Source: Dehalococcoidia bacterium (GTDB taxonomy: Bacteria; Chloroflexota; Dehalococcoidia; Lucifugimonadales; UBA3495). From it: DNA of 64,000 nucleotides. Shown one piece after another: positions 1 to 8,917 of the stretch. The position numbers were made by a program, and so were the translations under genes. A model generated the notes under the pieces. The model saw only the letters and a program-made list of their open reading frames with translations. It ran no database searches and was not told the DNA's origin. Location of the stretch: the NCBI GenBank assembly GCA_965197665.1, contig CBDANO010000005.1:757293-821292 (forward strand), written 5' to 3'. How positions within the stretch are numbered: position 1 is the stretch's first letter; the number at the start of each line of letters is the position of its first letter.

Positions 1-1239
1 GCTGGAGCAACCTTGTGGCCGATACCGATTCCACCAGAACCAGCTACAGCCACACCGGTCTGACTGCCGGAAGCACGCGTCACTACCGGGTGTCGGCCAT
101 CAACTCAGAGGGCACCGGCCCGGCGTCGAACACCGACTCGGCCACCACCGATGCCGATACTGCCCCGGACCTGACAGTGGACACGCCGACGGTGGACGAC
201 AGCACGCTGGAAACAGGAGACTCCTTCACCCTTAGCGCAATAGTGCGCAACAGCGGCGATGCTTCGTCGGCGTCGACCACGCTGCGCTACTACCGCTCCT
301 CCGACTCCACCATCACCACCGGCGATACGGAAGTCACGGACTCGGTGTCCGGGCTCATTGCGGGGGGAAGCAGCGATGAGTCCATAAACCTGACCGCGCC
401 CGATACCGCCGGCACCTACTACTACGGCACCTGCGTGGACTCCGTTTCAGGGGAGTCCGATGCTACCAACAAGTCCAGCGGGGTGGCAGTGACCGTCAGC
501 GCCGCCGCAACCCCGGACCTGAGTGGACACGCCGACGGTGGACGACAGCACGCTGGAAACAGGAGACTCCTTCACCCTTAGCGCGTCCGCAACGGCGGCG
601 ATGTTTCGTCGGCTCGACCACGCTACGCTACTATCGCTCCTCCGATTCCACCATCACCACCGGCGATACGGAAGTCGGGACGGACTCGGTGTCCGGGCTC
701 AGTGTTGGGGGAACCATCACCACCGGCGATACGGAAGTCGGGACGGACTCGGTGTCCGGGCTCATGTTTCGTCGGGGGGAAGCAGCGATGAGTCCATAAA
801 CGATCTGACCGCGCCCGATACCGCCGGCACCTACTACTACGGCGCCTGCGTGGACTCCGTGTCCGGCGAGTCCGACACCACCAACAACTGCTCGGTCTCA
901 GTGACCGTTGCCGTGGAGGCTGCCCCGGAGCCCGACCCGACACCGACACCGACCCCCAAGCCGACGGGCAAGGCGGTTACCGGGACCATCACCAGCTGCG
1001 AGGGAGAGCAGCTGACGCCGGGCATTGACAGCTACAGGATCACCATCGCCGGAACCGTCACTGCGAGCAGGGCTGTGGAAAATGTCAGGGTTGAGGGCAC
1101 GTTCAACGGTAGCTTCGTGGGAATTGACGTCTTGGGGGATATGGCGGCAGGCGAGATTGCTTCGTTCAGCGTTACTGGATATGTATCCGAGAGCGTTGGC
1201 ACCTGCGGGGCTGACTTAGAGTGGCTGGAGATCAACTGA
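1..1239 (+). pseudogene. Cell-surface repeat protein (FN3 end + CARDB-like repeats + unique C-terminal domain). 5' end lies outside the window and the reading frame is broken inside the second repeat.
   Basis: The frame of ORF 15..581 is open to the window edge. ...TSYSHTGLTAGSTRHYRVSAINSEGTGPAS looks like the end of an FN3 domain. PDLTVDTPTVDDSTLETGDSFTLSAIVRNSGDASS...TAPDTAGTYYYGTCVDSVSGESD is CARDB-like. A second DNA copy of this repeat starts near 515 with several indels, so translation switches to ORF 523..1239. Confidence 0.6.
651..776 (+). repeat. Tandem duplication with 63-bp period inside the second CARDB-like repeat
   Basis: The 51-nt string ccatcaccaccggcgatacggaagtcgggacggactcggtgtccgggctca occurs at 651..701 and again at 714..764. 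atgtttcgtcgg also occurs twice (601 and 764), out of place relative to repeat copy 1. Confidence 0.8.
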
Positions 1240-1358
1240 CGTCATCGGTAGTCAAGGTACGATTACTGACGGTATCTGGGTGCTAATAGGGAAGACCGAT
1301 TCTAGGGAAATCCAGTTTTCGTGACCAGACGGCTACTGTCTGCTGGCAAGGGAGAAGC

Positions 1359-2177
1359 ATGAATTATTCCAAACAGGAACACCATTCGGCAAGGTTGCTC
1401 TTGCCCCTGGTAGTGGCCGTGCTGGCCTCCTTGGCGATGCTGGCCTGCCGCGGCGGTCAGCCTGACCGTGCTCCTGAAATTACCATCAACCCTGAGGCCA
1501 CCTCTACACCTGCGCCCGCAGCCGCCTCCAATGCGACGGCCGTGCCTGCTCAGGCACCGCGGGCGGCTTCAGATTCTGCCTCAACGCCGTTGCCTCAGGG
1601 AGACCAAGTCCTCTACCGCGCTATTTGGGCGGGCACCGTCTACGAGGTGCGAAGTCTTGTTGCTGCGGGTGCGGACGCAAACGCCAGAGACGCCGACGGC
1701 GACCCGCTCCTGTACACCGTCGTCTGCCGGGCCGAACCTGAAAAAGTGCAGATTCTCGTCGAAGCCGGGGCAGACGTTGACGCTAAAGACACAGACAACG
1801 ACCCCATGCTCTATACTGCCGTCTGGCGGGATAGAATCGAGGCCCTGGAGATACTCGTCGAGGCAGGGGCCGACGTCAACGCTAGGGATGCCAGCGGAGA
1901 CCCGCTCCTGTACACCGCTGTCTGGCGAGACAAAACGGAGGCCCTGAGGATTCTCGTGAACGCCGGCGCGGACGTCAACGCCAAAGACGCCGACGGTGAC
2001 CCGCTCTTGTACACCGCTGTCTGGCGAGGCAAAACGGAGGCCCTGGACACTCTCATCGACGCAGGCGCTGACGTGAACTTGAGAAGGGCCAATGGCGAGT
2101 CGTTGCTGTACGTAGCCCGCTGGAGAGGACACACGGAGATAGAGCGGATTCTGATCGCCGCGGGCGCCACGGAATAA
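1359..2177 (+). CDS. Ankyrin-repeat lipoprotein
   Basis: Signal peptide with lipobox (LASLAMLAC). Low-complexity linker, then about six 33-aa repeats of the type DADGDPLLYTAVWRxKTEALxILVxAGADVNAKD (ANK consensus). Confidence 0.85.
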   Translation: MNYSKQEHHSARLLLPLVVAVLASLAMLACRGGQPDRAPEITINPEATSTPAPAAASNATAVPAQAPRAASDSASTPLPQGDQVLYRAIWAGTVYEVRSLVAAGADANARDADGDPLLYTVVCRAEPEKVQILVEAGADVDAKDTDNDPMLYTAVWRDRIEALEILVEAGADVNARDASGDPLLYTAVWRDKTEALRILVNAGADVNAKDADGDPLLYTAVWRGKTEALDTLIDAGADVNLRRANGESLLYVARWRGHTEIERILIAAGATE

Positions 2178-2203
2178 CTGACGTTACTATCAGGGATTGC
2201 GAT

Positions 2204-2827
2204 ATGATCAGCCACGATTTGCCCCGGAAGGATCGAGCCATGAAGGAGCTGAGCGGCAGACGCATAGTGTCGGGCCGTTTCCTGAAGCTGGCGGCGGGCG
2301 GGCTGTCCCTTGTTGTGCTAGCGGTGCTCGCAGTACTGGCGGTGGGCTTCTTTGCGGATAGTCCCGAACCGTCCTCGTCCACTGTGCCGTCGTCCACTTC
2401 CGCACGCGTCACAGGCTCGGCTGCCCCGGCAGGCGGGGCGTCGCCTTTGGGTAGTACGGCCCTGCACTCCGCCATTGCCAAGGGCGACAGCGAGATGGTG
2501 CGCATTCTCGTGGAAGGGGGAGCAGACGTTAATGAGGTCAACGCTTTCGGGGAGCCGCCACTTCACGCAGCTATCGACAAGGGGGACAGCGGCATGGTGG
2601 CCCTTCTCCTGGAGGCGGGCGCCAATGTGGACGCGAAGAATACATTCGGCGACCCGGTCCTTCACCGCGCCATTCTGAAAGGAGAAAGTGGGATGGTGCG
2701 GATTCTGGCCGAGGCCGGAGCCAATATCAATATAATCGATGCTTTCGGCCACTCGGCCCTGGAGCGCGCAGTGCGGGAAGACAACAAGGAGATATTGCAA
2801 ATTCTCCTTGACGAAGGAGCCCGTTAA
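2204..2827 (+). CDS. Ankyrin-repeat protein with N-terminal membrane anchor
   Basis: Hydrophobic stretch LSLVVLAVLAVLAVGFF followed by four ANK repeats (GxTALHxAIxKGDSxMVxxLLEAGAxVxA). Alternative start ATG at 2240 (MKELSG) has a better GGAAGGA RBS. Confidence 0.8.
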   Translation: MISHDLPRKDRAMKELSGRRIVSGRFLKLAAGGLSLVVLAVLAVLAVGFFADSPEPSSSTVPSSTSARVTGSAAPAGGASPLGSTALHSAIAKGDSEMVRILVEGGADVNEVNAFGEPPLHAAIDKGDSGMVALLLEAGANVDAKNTFGDPVLHRAILKGESGMVRILAEAGANINIIDAFGHSALERAVREDNKEILQILLDEGAR

Positions 2828-2899
2828 TTGACCCGAAGCGGATAGGCAGGAATCCAGGGGAGAGCCGCTGCTTATAAGCGACTTGGGGTAAACTAGTAC

Positions 2900-4044
2900 T
2901 CAGTCAACCGTGGAATCAAAAGGGTAAAGGCGGTGAAGTTTGGTTCGGGCATCCTGGGTGTTGAACCTCCAGTTGATGGTGGCCCCGGCGGCGTTGCGCT
3001 CGGTGACCAAGGCTTGGACTTCCCGCCGGAGCGCCGCTTCATCGGGGAGCCGCTGCTTGAGGCAGGCTCGGGACAGTACGCTGAACTCAATCTCGGCCAT
3101 GTTCAGCCAACTGCCGTGCTTGGGGGTGTAGTGGAACTCCAGCCGCTTGGCAATCCGCCGGGCCTCCGCCGCCGGGAACGTCTCGTACAGGGACGCTGGA
3201 CGATGAGTGTTCAGATTGTCCATGACCACCCGCAGGACCTCGGCCTCCGGGTAAGCTTCGTCCACCAGCCAACGCATCTGCTGGGCGAAATCCTGCATGG
3301 TACGCCGCTGGGTCACCGCCACCTGCCGCCAGCCCGCCAACGGCTCACAGGCCAGGAACAGGTTGCGCGTACCCTCCCTGCGGTACTCGTAGTCCTGCCG
3401 CAGCGGAAGTCCCGGCCGGGGCGGCAGAGATGGCCGGGTCTCCGCCAACAACTGGGTGGAGGTCTCGTCAAAGCAGACCACCGGCCTTTGGGGGTCATAG
3501 GGTTCGGCATACAGGTTCAACACGTCCTCCATGTTGGCCACGAACTCGGCGCTCACCTTAGGAATACACCATTCCTTCTTCTGCCACGGTTTGAGAGCGT
3601 TTTTTTGAGCCGCTTACGCACTCCTTCGTGGGACATGGAGGACGCCAACCCCAACTCCACCACCTTCCCAGCCAGCAGGCGCAGGGTCCAGTGGTCATGG
3701 CCCTCCGGCGCCGGACTGCAGGCCAAGGCGACCAGGTGCGCCTCGCCCCGGTCATCCAACTTCCGATGCCGGTTGGCCTGGCGCCGGTCCCACAGGGCCC
3801 CGGCCAACCCCTCCTTGGTAAAACGCTGCTTGACCCGGTACACGGTTCCCAGCGCCACATCCAAGGCTTCCGCCACCTGCGGAGCCGCCCAACCGTCGCC
3901 GCTCTTGAGGAGAATCCGCGCCCTGGCGGTCACTCGGGCGGAGCATTTGCCGACCCGAATTAAATGCTGGAGTTCTTCCCTCTGTTCCGGCGCCAGCCGC
4001 ACTGCGTACTTGTCCCTGACCATCACTGCCACCCCCGCCATCAA
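2900..4044 (-). CDS. IS630-family transposase, two frames (3553..4044 HTH part, 2900..~3606 DDE part) joined by a -1 shift
   Basis: N-terminal winged-HTH ORF ends ...RKRLKKTLSNRG. The -1 frame from the A-run reads LKKNALKPWQKKEWCIPKVSAEF, the typical IS630 junction. The DDE part has FDETS, VMDNLNTH and WLNMAEIEF. Confidence 0.85.
3600..3606 (-). promoter_or_regulatory. A7 slippery run (CTC AAA AAA ACG) at the transposase frame junction
   Basis: Seven T on the plus strand equal A7 on the coding strand, exactly where frame 0 and frame -1 homology meet. Could be a programmed -1 frameshift, transcriptional slippage, or a simple 1-nt deletion. Confidence 0.55.
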
Positions 4045-4123
4045 TACTTCCTACCAGGCAGGATAGCCTAATTGGCCGATTTCTTAAACAATTGCTGATA
4101 CCAAGTTGACTGGGTACTAGGGA

Positions 4124-5662
4124 ATGCTCAGGACATATCTTCTGGGAAAGTCATCCATCGCGTTTCTTAGAGCCGCGGCCACCGTCGTCGCACTGTTGGC
4201 GCTGCTGGCCTGCGGCGGTTCCGACGACGAACAGGCGGAGTCTCTCACGGCGCCAGCGGGCATGTTCTCGACTCTCCCCACCCAGGAATCCCCGGTCGTG
4301 GGTGACCAGCCGCCCACAATCGAGCTGAACACGCCGGAGCCGTCGCCCACGCCACAACCGACTCCCACGCCCAATCCGACCTACACGCCGGTGCCAACAC
4401 CCACTCCACTGCCCACGCCAACACCCGACCCGACCGGCACACCCGTGCCTACTCTCACACCCAACCCGACAGGTACCCCTGCGCCAACACCGACAACCAA
4501 TCCGACCGGCACACCAGTGCCGACGGCCATGCCTCAACCCACGTACACGCCCAGTCCGGCTTCCCGAAGCATACCCGCGCCTGCTGGCGTGACCAACCCT
4601 ACACCCACGCTTCATCAAACTGGTCAGCCACAGCCGCAGGGCACGCCGGGAGGGATCATCGGCGCAGACGCCAACATAATAATACTTGCTGATACCAGTG
4701 GAAGCATGGAAGGCAGTAAGATTGCCAAGCTTCAGACCGCCATCATGGACTTCGTAAATCGCGTTGAAGACCCGCTGGAATACATCGCTCTCATCGGGTT
4801 TGACGACAGCGTCGAAGTAGAAATCGAATTGCAGCCCTTTGGCGCAACGGAAAATCTGTGGCCGGGTAAAGTGGCAAACCTCTGTAGTGGCGGCGATACT
4901 GCCCTATACGATGCAGTCGCCTACGCCGTGGACTTGCTGAACGACATAGGGTCCCAAGAACGGGCAAACATCATCATCGTGCTTACTGACGGAGAGGATA
5001 CTGACAGTCGGCATTCCCTCTCCTCGGTCGTCTCTAAGATAGAACAGGCTCCAGTAAATATAATTCTTTTCGGCTTGGCCTATGGAGACATCGGAGATTA
5101 TGACTTGAGAATCTTGGAAGAACTGGCAGCCGCGGGTGATGGTAGGGGCAGGGCCTCCGTGGCGACTCCGGATGCAACAAATGAAGCCTTCCAGTCTCTG
5201 ACTGAATGGTTCCAAGACTACACCGGCTCTTCGACGCCCAGCCAGCCTTCGCCATCTCCTGAGTCTTTTGCTTCCCGTGCAGCGCTAGAAGCACACTGCC
5301 ATATTGGCTATACCGAAGTTACTCTGCGGGATGGCGGCATCGTTTGGGGAGTGCCGACGAGGTTCACCGACGATTCTTCTGTCGGCGCAGTTACATATAT
5401 GCTACTTGGGGATCTGAAGGGATGCAGCTTCGCCGGCAAGGAGCTCGACCGATCAAGCAAGGTGTACGTGAGGGTTGAAGAGTTGGGGCCTCTCCGCGGC
5501 TACGAGTCCAAGACAGTGTGTGGGAAGACCAGCCGTACATGGAACTCGTGGGATGGGCTGCGGATCACTCATCTTCGCTTTTTTGACGAAAGCAGCCCTA
5601 CTAAATTCAGAGAGTATATCTATGATCTCACAAACGAAATATATGTTGAATTTGCACAGTAA
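4124..5662 (+). CDS. Lipoprotein with Pro/Thr-rich linker, VWA domain and a C-terminal domain of unknown function
   Basis: Lipobox ALLALLAC. About 100 aa of PTPxP repeats. VWA/MIDAS start IIILADTSGSMEG ... ALYDAV ... IIVLTDGEDT. The last ~150 aa are unassigned. Confidence 0.8.
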   Translation: MLRTYLLGKSSIAFLRAAATVVALLALLACGGSDDEQAESLTAPAGMFSTLPTQESPVVGDQPPTIELNTPEPSPTPQPTPTPNPTYTPVPTPTPLPTPTPDPTGTPVPTLTPNPTGTPAPTPTTNPTGTPVPTAMPQPTYTPSPASRSIPAPAGVTNPTPTLHQTGQPQPQGTPGGIIGADANIIILADTSGSMEGSKIAKLQTAIMDFVNRVEDPLEYIALIGFDDSVEVEIELQPFGATENLWPGKVANLCSGGDTALYDAVAYAVDLLNDIGSQERANIIIVLTDGEDTDSRHSLSSVVSKIEQAPVNIILFGLAYGDIGDYDLRILEELAAAGDGRGRASVATPDATNEAFQSLTEWFQDYTGSSTPSQPSPSPESFASRAALEAHCHIGYTEVTLRDGGIVWGVPTRFTDDSSVGAVTYMLLGDLKGCSFAGKELDRSSKVYVRVEELGPLRGYESKTVCGKTSRTWNSWDGLRITHLRFFDESSPTKFREYIYDLTNEIYVEFAQ

Positions 5663-5724
5663 TGTTGCAAATTAGGTGGCCAGATCCGCGAATCAGCTTA
5701 TTTCCGACGGGGAGGAACCGAAAC

Positions 5725-6648
5725 GTGAGCAATCACGATCGCACATACGGACTGACCCTAACGGTATTGAGGCTGACTGCCAGCATGGTTGCACTGCTGA
5801 CGTTACTCGCCTGCGGCGGTTCCGCCGACGGACAGGCGCCGTCTCCCACAGCGCCAGCGGGAATGTTCTCGACTCTCCCTACTGAGGAGTCCCCGGTTTT
5901 GGGCGACCAGCCGCCCACCATAGAGCTGAATACGCCTGAGCCGACCCTCACGCCGCAACCCTCTCCGACGCCCAATCCTACCTACACGCCGGTGCCAACG
6001 CCCACCCCATTGCCTACACCCACACCCAATCCGACTGGCACACCCGTCCCGACTCCGACACCCAACCCTACAGGCACCCCTGTACCGACTGCCACGCCCA
6101 ACCCGACGGCCACTCCGAATCCGACGGCTACGCCACAGCCCACCTACACTCCGCAGCCAACATACACTCCTGCACCATTGCCCACGGCGACACCATATCC
6201 GACGGCGACACCCAGGCCTGCCCCCACGACGGGGCCCTCGGATGAGCAAATAACCCCCGACAATTCTGCCCTTTGTATAGCGGTAGGCTACGACGATACC
6301 GAGACGGTAAAGATCCTTGCCAAAGTGGAAATGGACTTTAACGCAGAATGCGAGAGAGGAAGGACGCCCCTTTACATAGCAGTAAATTACGACTTTACCG
6401 ACACTGTCCAAGTTCTTGTTGATGTAGGTGCAGACGTTAACGCGAGAGGCGAAACTGTATTATGTAATGCTATAAACTACGACAGCATCGAAACAGCTCG
6501 AATTCTCGTCGATGCAGGTGCGAATGTTAACGCAGATTGCGAATCTTCATGGGCTTGGTATAACGGTACAACCCCTCTCAAAATAGCATCCGGTTATGGT
6601 ATGACTGAGATGGTACAACTCTTGGTCGACGCGGGGGCTAAGAGATAG
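5725..6648 (+). CDS. Lipoprotein with Pro/Thr-rich linker and C-terminal ankyrin repeats
   Basis: GTG at 5725 lies 9 nt after GGAGG (5711..5715), in frame with ORF 5662..6648. Lipobox LLTLLAC. The N-terminal ~110 aa are paralogous to the 4124 gene. C-terminus has ANK-like repeats (RTPLYIAVNYDFTDTVQVLVDVGADVNA). Confidence 0.8.
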   Translation: MSNHDRTYGLTLTVLRLTASMVALLTLLACGGSADGQAPSPTAPAGMFSTLPTEESPVLGDQPPTIELNTPEPTLTPQPSPTPNPTYTPVPTPTPLPTPTPNPTGTPVPTPTPNPTGTPVPTATPNPTATPNPTATPQPTYTPQPTYTPAPLPTATPYPTATPRPAPTTGPSDEQITPDNSALCIAVGYDDTETVKILAKVEMDFNAECERGRTPLYIAVNYDFTDTVQVLVDVGADVNARGETVLCNAINYDSIETARILVDAGANVNADCESSWAWYNGTTPLKIASGYGMTEMVQLLVDAGAKR

Positions 6649-6705
6649 CAATACTTGGTCTTATTGAAATGGTGAATTTCGTCCTCCGAATCTCTGCGCA
6701 TAGGA

Positions 6706-7512
6706 CTACCCGCCCCCGTCCCGCCCCACGGGCTCGATGGCGTGGGACGGGAGCCAGCCCTGCAGCTCGCCGCCGGGCAGGGCGACCTGCAGCCAGCCGT
6801 GGCGGGAGTCCACCAGCCGCACCTGTGCGCCGCTGTGCAGGGCGAATTCCTCACCGTACTGAGGTCCCGGTCCGCTCGATACTTCAACGGTCCTCGCGGT
6901 CACCACTGCAGTGTTTTCGTAGGGATTGGAGTAAAGCATGCTCAGCAGCAGCGCCAGCGGTATGAGCATGGCCAGGAAGGCGAGAACCGCTCCGCCACGG
7001 AGAATGGACCCCCTTCGCATGGTTGGCCGGATGATGATCGTCGCGACCGACAGCCCCACAACGGCCCACAACAGCAGCGCCGCGACGCCGAATTCAGTGG
7101 CCGTGGCCCACCGCCGCCCAAAGTCCGCCACACTGGCGACCAGTGAGTCCCCCTCGGCCTGAAGTTGGTCCACCGTCCGGCTGCGGGCCAGGTCTAGGTT
7201 GGCTATGACGTCCGGGTCCCGGGGCGATAGTTCCTCGGCCCGCAGGTAGTTGAGGACGGCCCGCCCCAGGTCGCCATCCTCAAGGTAGGCATTGCCCAGG
7301 TTATAGTAGACGGCGGTGTCGCGGTATCCCAGGCCGATCAGGGCCTCATATTGCTGGGTTGCCTCGGCGAACTCCCCGCGCTCGAACCGCCGGTTGGCCT
7401 CGGCCATCTTCTGATCAGCTGACGGTTCTTGGGCCATGACGCCGCTCGCCAGCGCCGCGAAGATGGCGAAAGCCGATAACAGGCCCATGGCGACGCTCAT
7501 CCGCCGGTTCAT
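6706..7512 (-). CDS. batE: BatE-like TPR + C-terminal SH3b protein
   Basis: Signal/TM segment, TPR region (AVYYNLGNAYLEDGDLGRAVLNYLRAEEL), TM segments, C-terminal SH3-like VRLVDSRHGWLQVALPGGELQGWLP. Start overlaps the batD stop by 4 nt. Last gene of the operon. Confidence 0.75.
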   Translation of the reverse strand: MNRRMSVAMGLLSAFAIFAALASGVMAQEPSADQKMAEANRRFERGEFAEATQQYEALIGLGYRDTAVYYNLGNAYLEDGDLGRAVLNYLRAEELSPRDPDVIANLDLARSRTVDQLQAEGDSLVASVADFGRRWATATEFGVAALLLWAVVGLSVATIIIRPTMRRGSILRGGAVLAFLAMLIPLALLLSMLYSNPYENTAVVTARTVEVSSGPGPQYGEEFALHSGAQVRLVDSRHGWLQVALPGGELQGWLPSHAIEPVGRDGGG

Positions 7513-8909
7513 GCCGTCAATGCCCCCTCGATTTCGCCCAATAGCTGCGAGGCGCGTTCGGCGTAGTTCCCAGTGCCGCCGGCGTTGGCCTCGGGGGGGG
7601 TGTACCTGGCCGACTCGCCCGCAGTCAGTATGTCGGCCACCCTCTCTTCCAGATCGGACGATACCCCCGCCTGACGTAACCTGCGGAGGAGCGCTTCACG
7701 GGTCATCCCGCTCACCTGCGTTTCCAACCGGGTGGAAAGGTAGGAGAGCAGCGCCTCGTAACCGGCTAGCCTGGGGTCGCTGCCGGAGGCAACAGCTCTG
7801 GACAAACCCGCCCTGGAGTCCGGAAGGGCGCTGTTGCGCAGGACCTCGGCGCGGGCGGCCTCCCGCGAGGCGAGTCGCCTCCGCCATGCGACTGCCCCGA
7901 CTATGACCAGCGCGGGTATGGCCCAAGCAACCCAGTACCCTGTGCTTTCCACCAACTCCGTGCCGCGTTGGCGCAGGGACGGAGGCACGGCCTTGACGGG
8001 CCGCACCTCCGGGACTTCTTCCTCGACATCCGCAACGGCTGGCAGTGAAGGGACCGCAGGGGCGCCAGCCGCGTCGCCGATGCTTACAGCGATCGGGGCA
8101 CTGGCAAGTTCAACGTACCGCTCCAGGGCCGGGTCGAAATAGGGATAACGAATCTCGGGAATAGTCAGCCCCCCAGCCTGTTCCGGCATCAGGACTATCT
8201 CGTAAGCGCGGCTCCCGGTGATCTGTCCGGCCACGACCCGGCTTTCGACGCTTACCGGCGATTCGATGACGCGCCAGCCGATAAACTGGGGCCAGTCGGG
8301 TTCTGGAAGCGCCTCAATATTCCCCTCTCCCGAAATCCTGAACGTCAGCAGCGCAGGCTCGTTGAGCTTGCTCCCGGTGGCATCAGCAGAGGCGGAGACC
8401 TCGAAGCTACCCACGGCCCCCGTGAACCCCTCCGGCTCCGGGACGGGCAGGGGGCGCACTTCCACCGCCACGGCGCCACTCTCCAGTCGACCGGGAGTGC
8501 CGGATGTCCCGGTCGAGACCTCCAGGACGGCGGGTTCGATGTTCCAGGCTCCGACGACGCTGGCGAACAGCACAGTTTGTACCTCGACCACCCGGTACTC
8601 GTCAGTCCCTATCATTTCGTTGTACTCGTCCTGTCTCGTTTGCTGGCTGTTCCAGAAACCGGCAAAGTCCGGCGGGTCGTACCTCACCCGCACGGAGGAC
8701 AGGTTGGCGTCCATGCTCTGATATATCCTGAGGCTGTAGGTAATCTGCTGGCCCAGATAGAGGAGTTCATTGTCGACCGACGCCCTGATAAACAACGCCT
8801 CGCCGGGAGGCGACTGGGCACCAACGGAAGGAACGGCTACCGTCACCATTGCCGCTATTGCGATGGAGACGACGGTCAGGAATCGCCGTATGGTTGTTAG
8901 ACCTGTCAC
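7509..8909 (-). CDS. batD: BatD-like oxygen-tolerance protein
   Basis: GTG start, signal peptide, long extracytoplasmic region, one TM (YWVAWAIPALVIVGAVAW) and a helical C-terminal tail. This is the architecture and operon position of BatD. Confidence 0.75.
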   Translation of the reverse strand: MTGLTTIRRFLTVVSIAIAAMVTVAVPSVGAQSPPGEALFIRASVDNELLYLGQQITYSLRIYQSMDANLSSVRVRYDPPDFAGFWNSQQTRQDEYNEMIGTDEYRVVEVQTVLFASVVGAWNIEPAVLEVSTGTSGTPGRLESGAVAVEVRPLPVPEPEGFTGAVGSFEVSASADATGSKLNEPALLTFRISGEGNIEALPEPDWPQFIGWRVIESPVSVESRVVAGQITGSRAYEIVLMPEQAGGLTIPEIRYPYFDPALERYVELASAPIAVSIGDAAGAPAVPSLPAVADVEEEVPEVRPVKAVPPSLRQRGTELVESTGYWVAWAIPALVIVGAVAWRRRLASREAARAEVLRNSALPDSRAGLSRAVASGSDPRLAGYEALLSYLSTRLETQVSGMTREALLRRLRQAGVSSDLEERVADILTAGESARYTPPEANAGGTGNYAERASQLLGEIEGALTA

Positions 8910-8917
8910 GTTCCTTT

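Larger units (their letters stand above)
2893..4120 (-). mobile_element. IS630-family insertion sequence (about 1.23 kb)
   Basis: Terminal inverted repeats CTAGTACTCAGTCAAC (2893..2908) and the reverse complement of 4105..4120 (CTAGTACCCAGTCAAC), 15/16 identical. They enclose the HTH and DDE transposase ORFs. The ends contain TA, as expected for the IS630/Tc1 TA target. Confidence 0.85.

Noticed and set aside
160-900. The near-identical repeat pair in the CARDB gene as template/variable repeats of a diversity-generating retroelement.
   Set aside because: No reverse transcriptase is present in the window. The differences between the copies are mostly indels and block duplications rather than adenine-specific substitutions.
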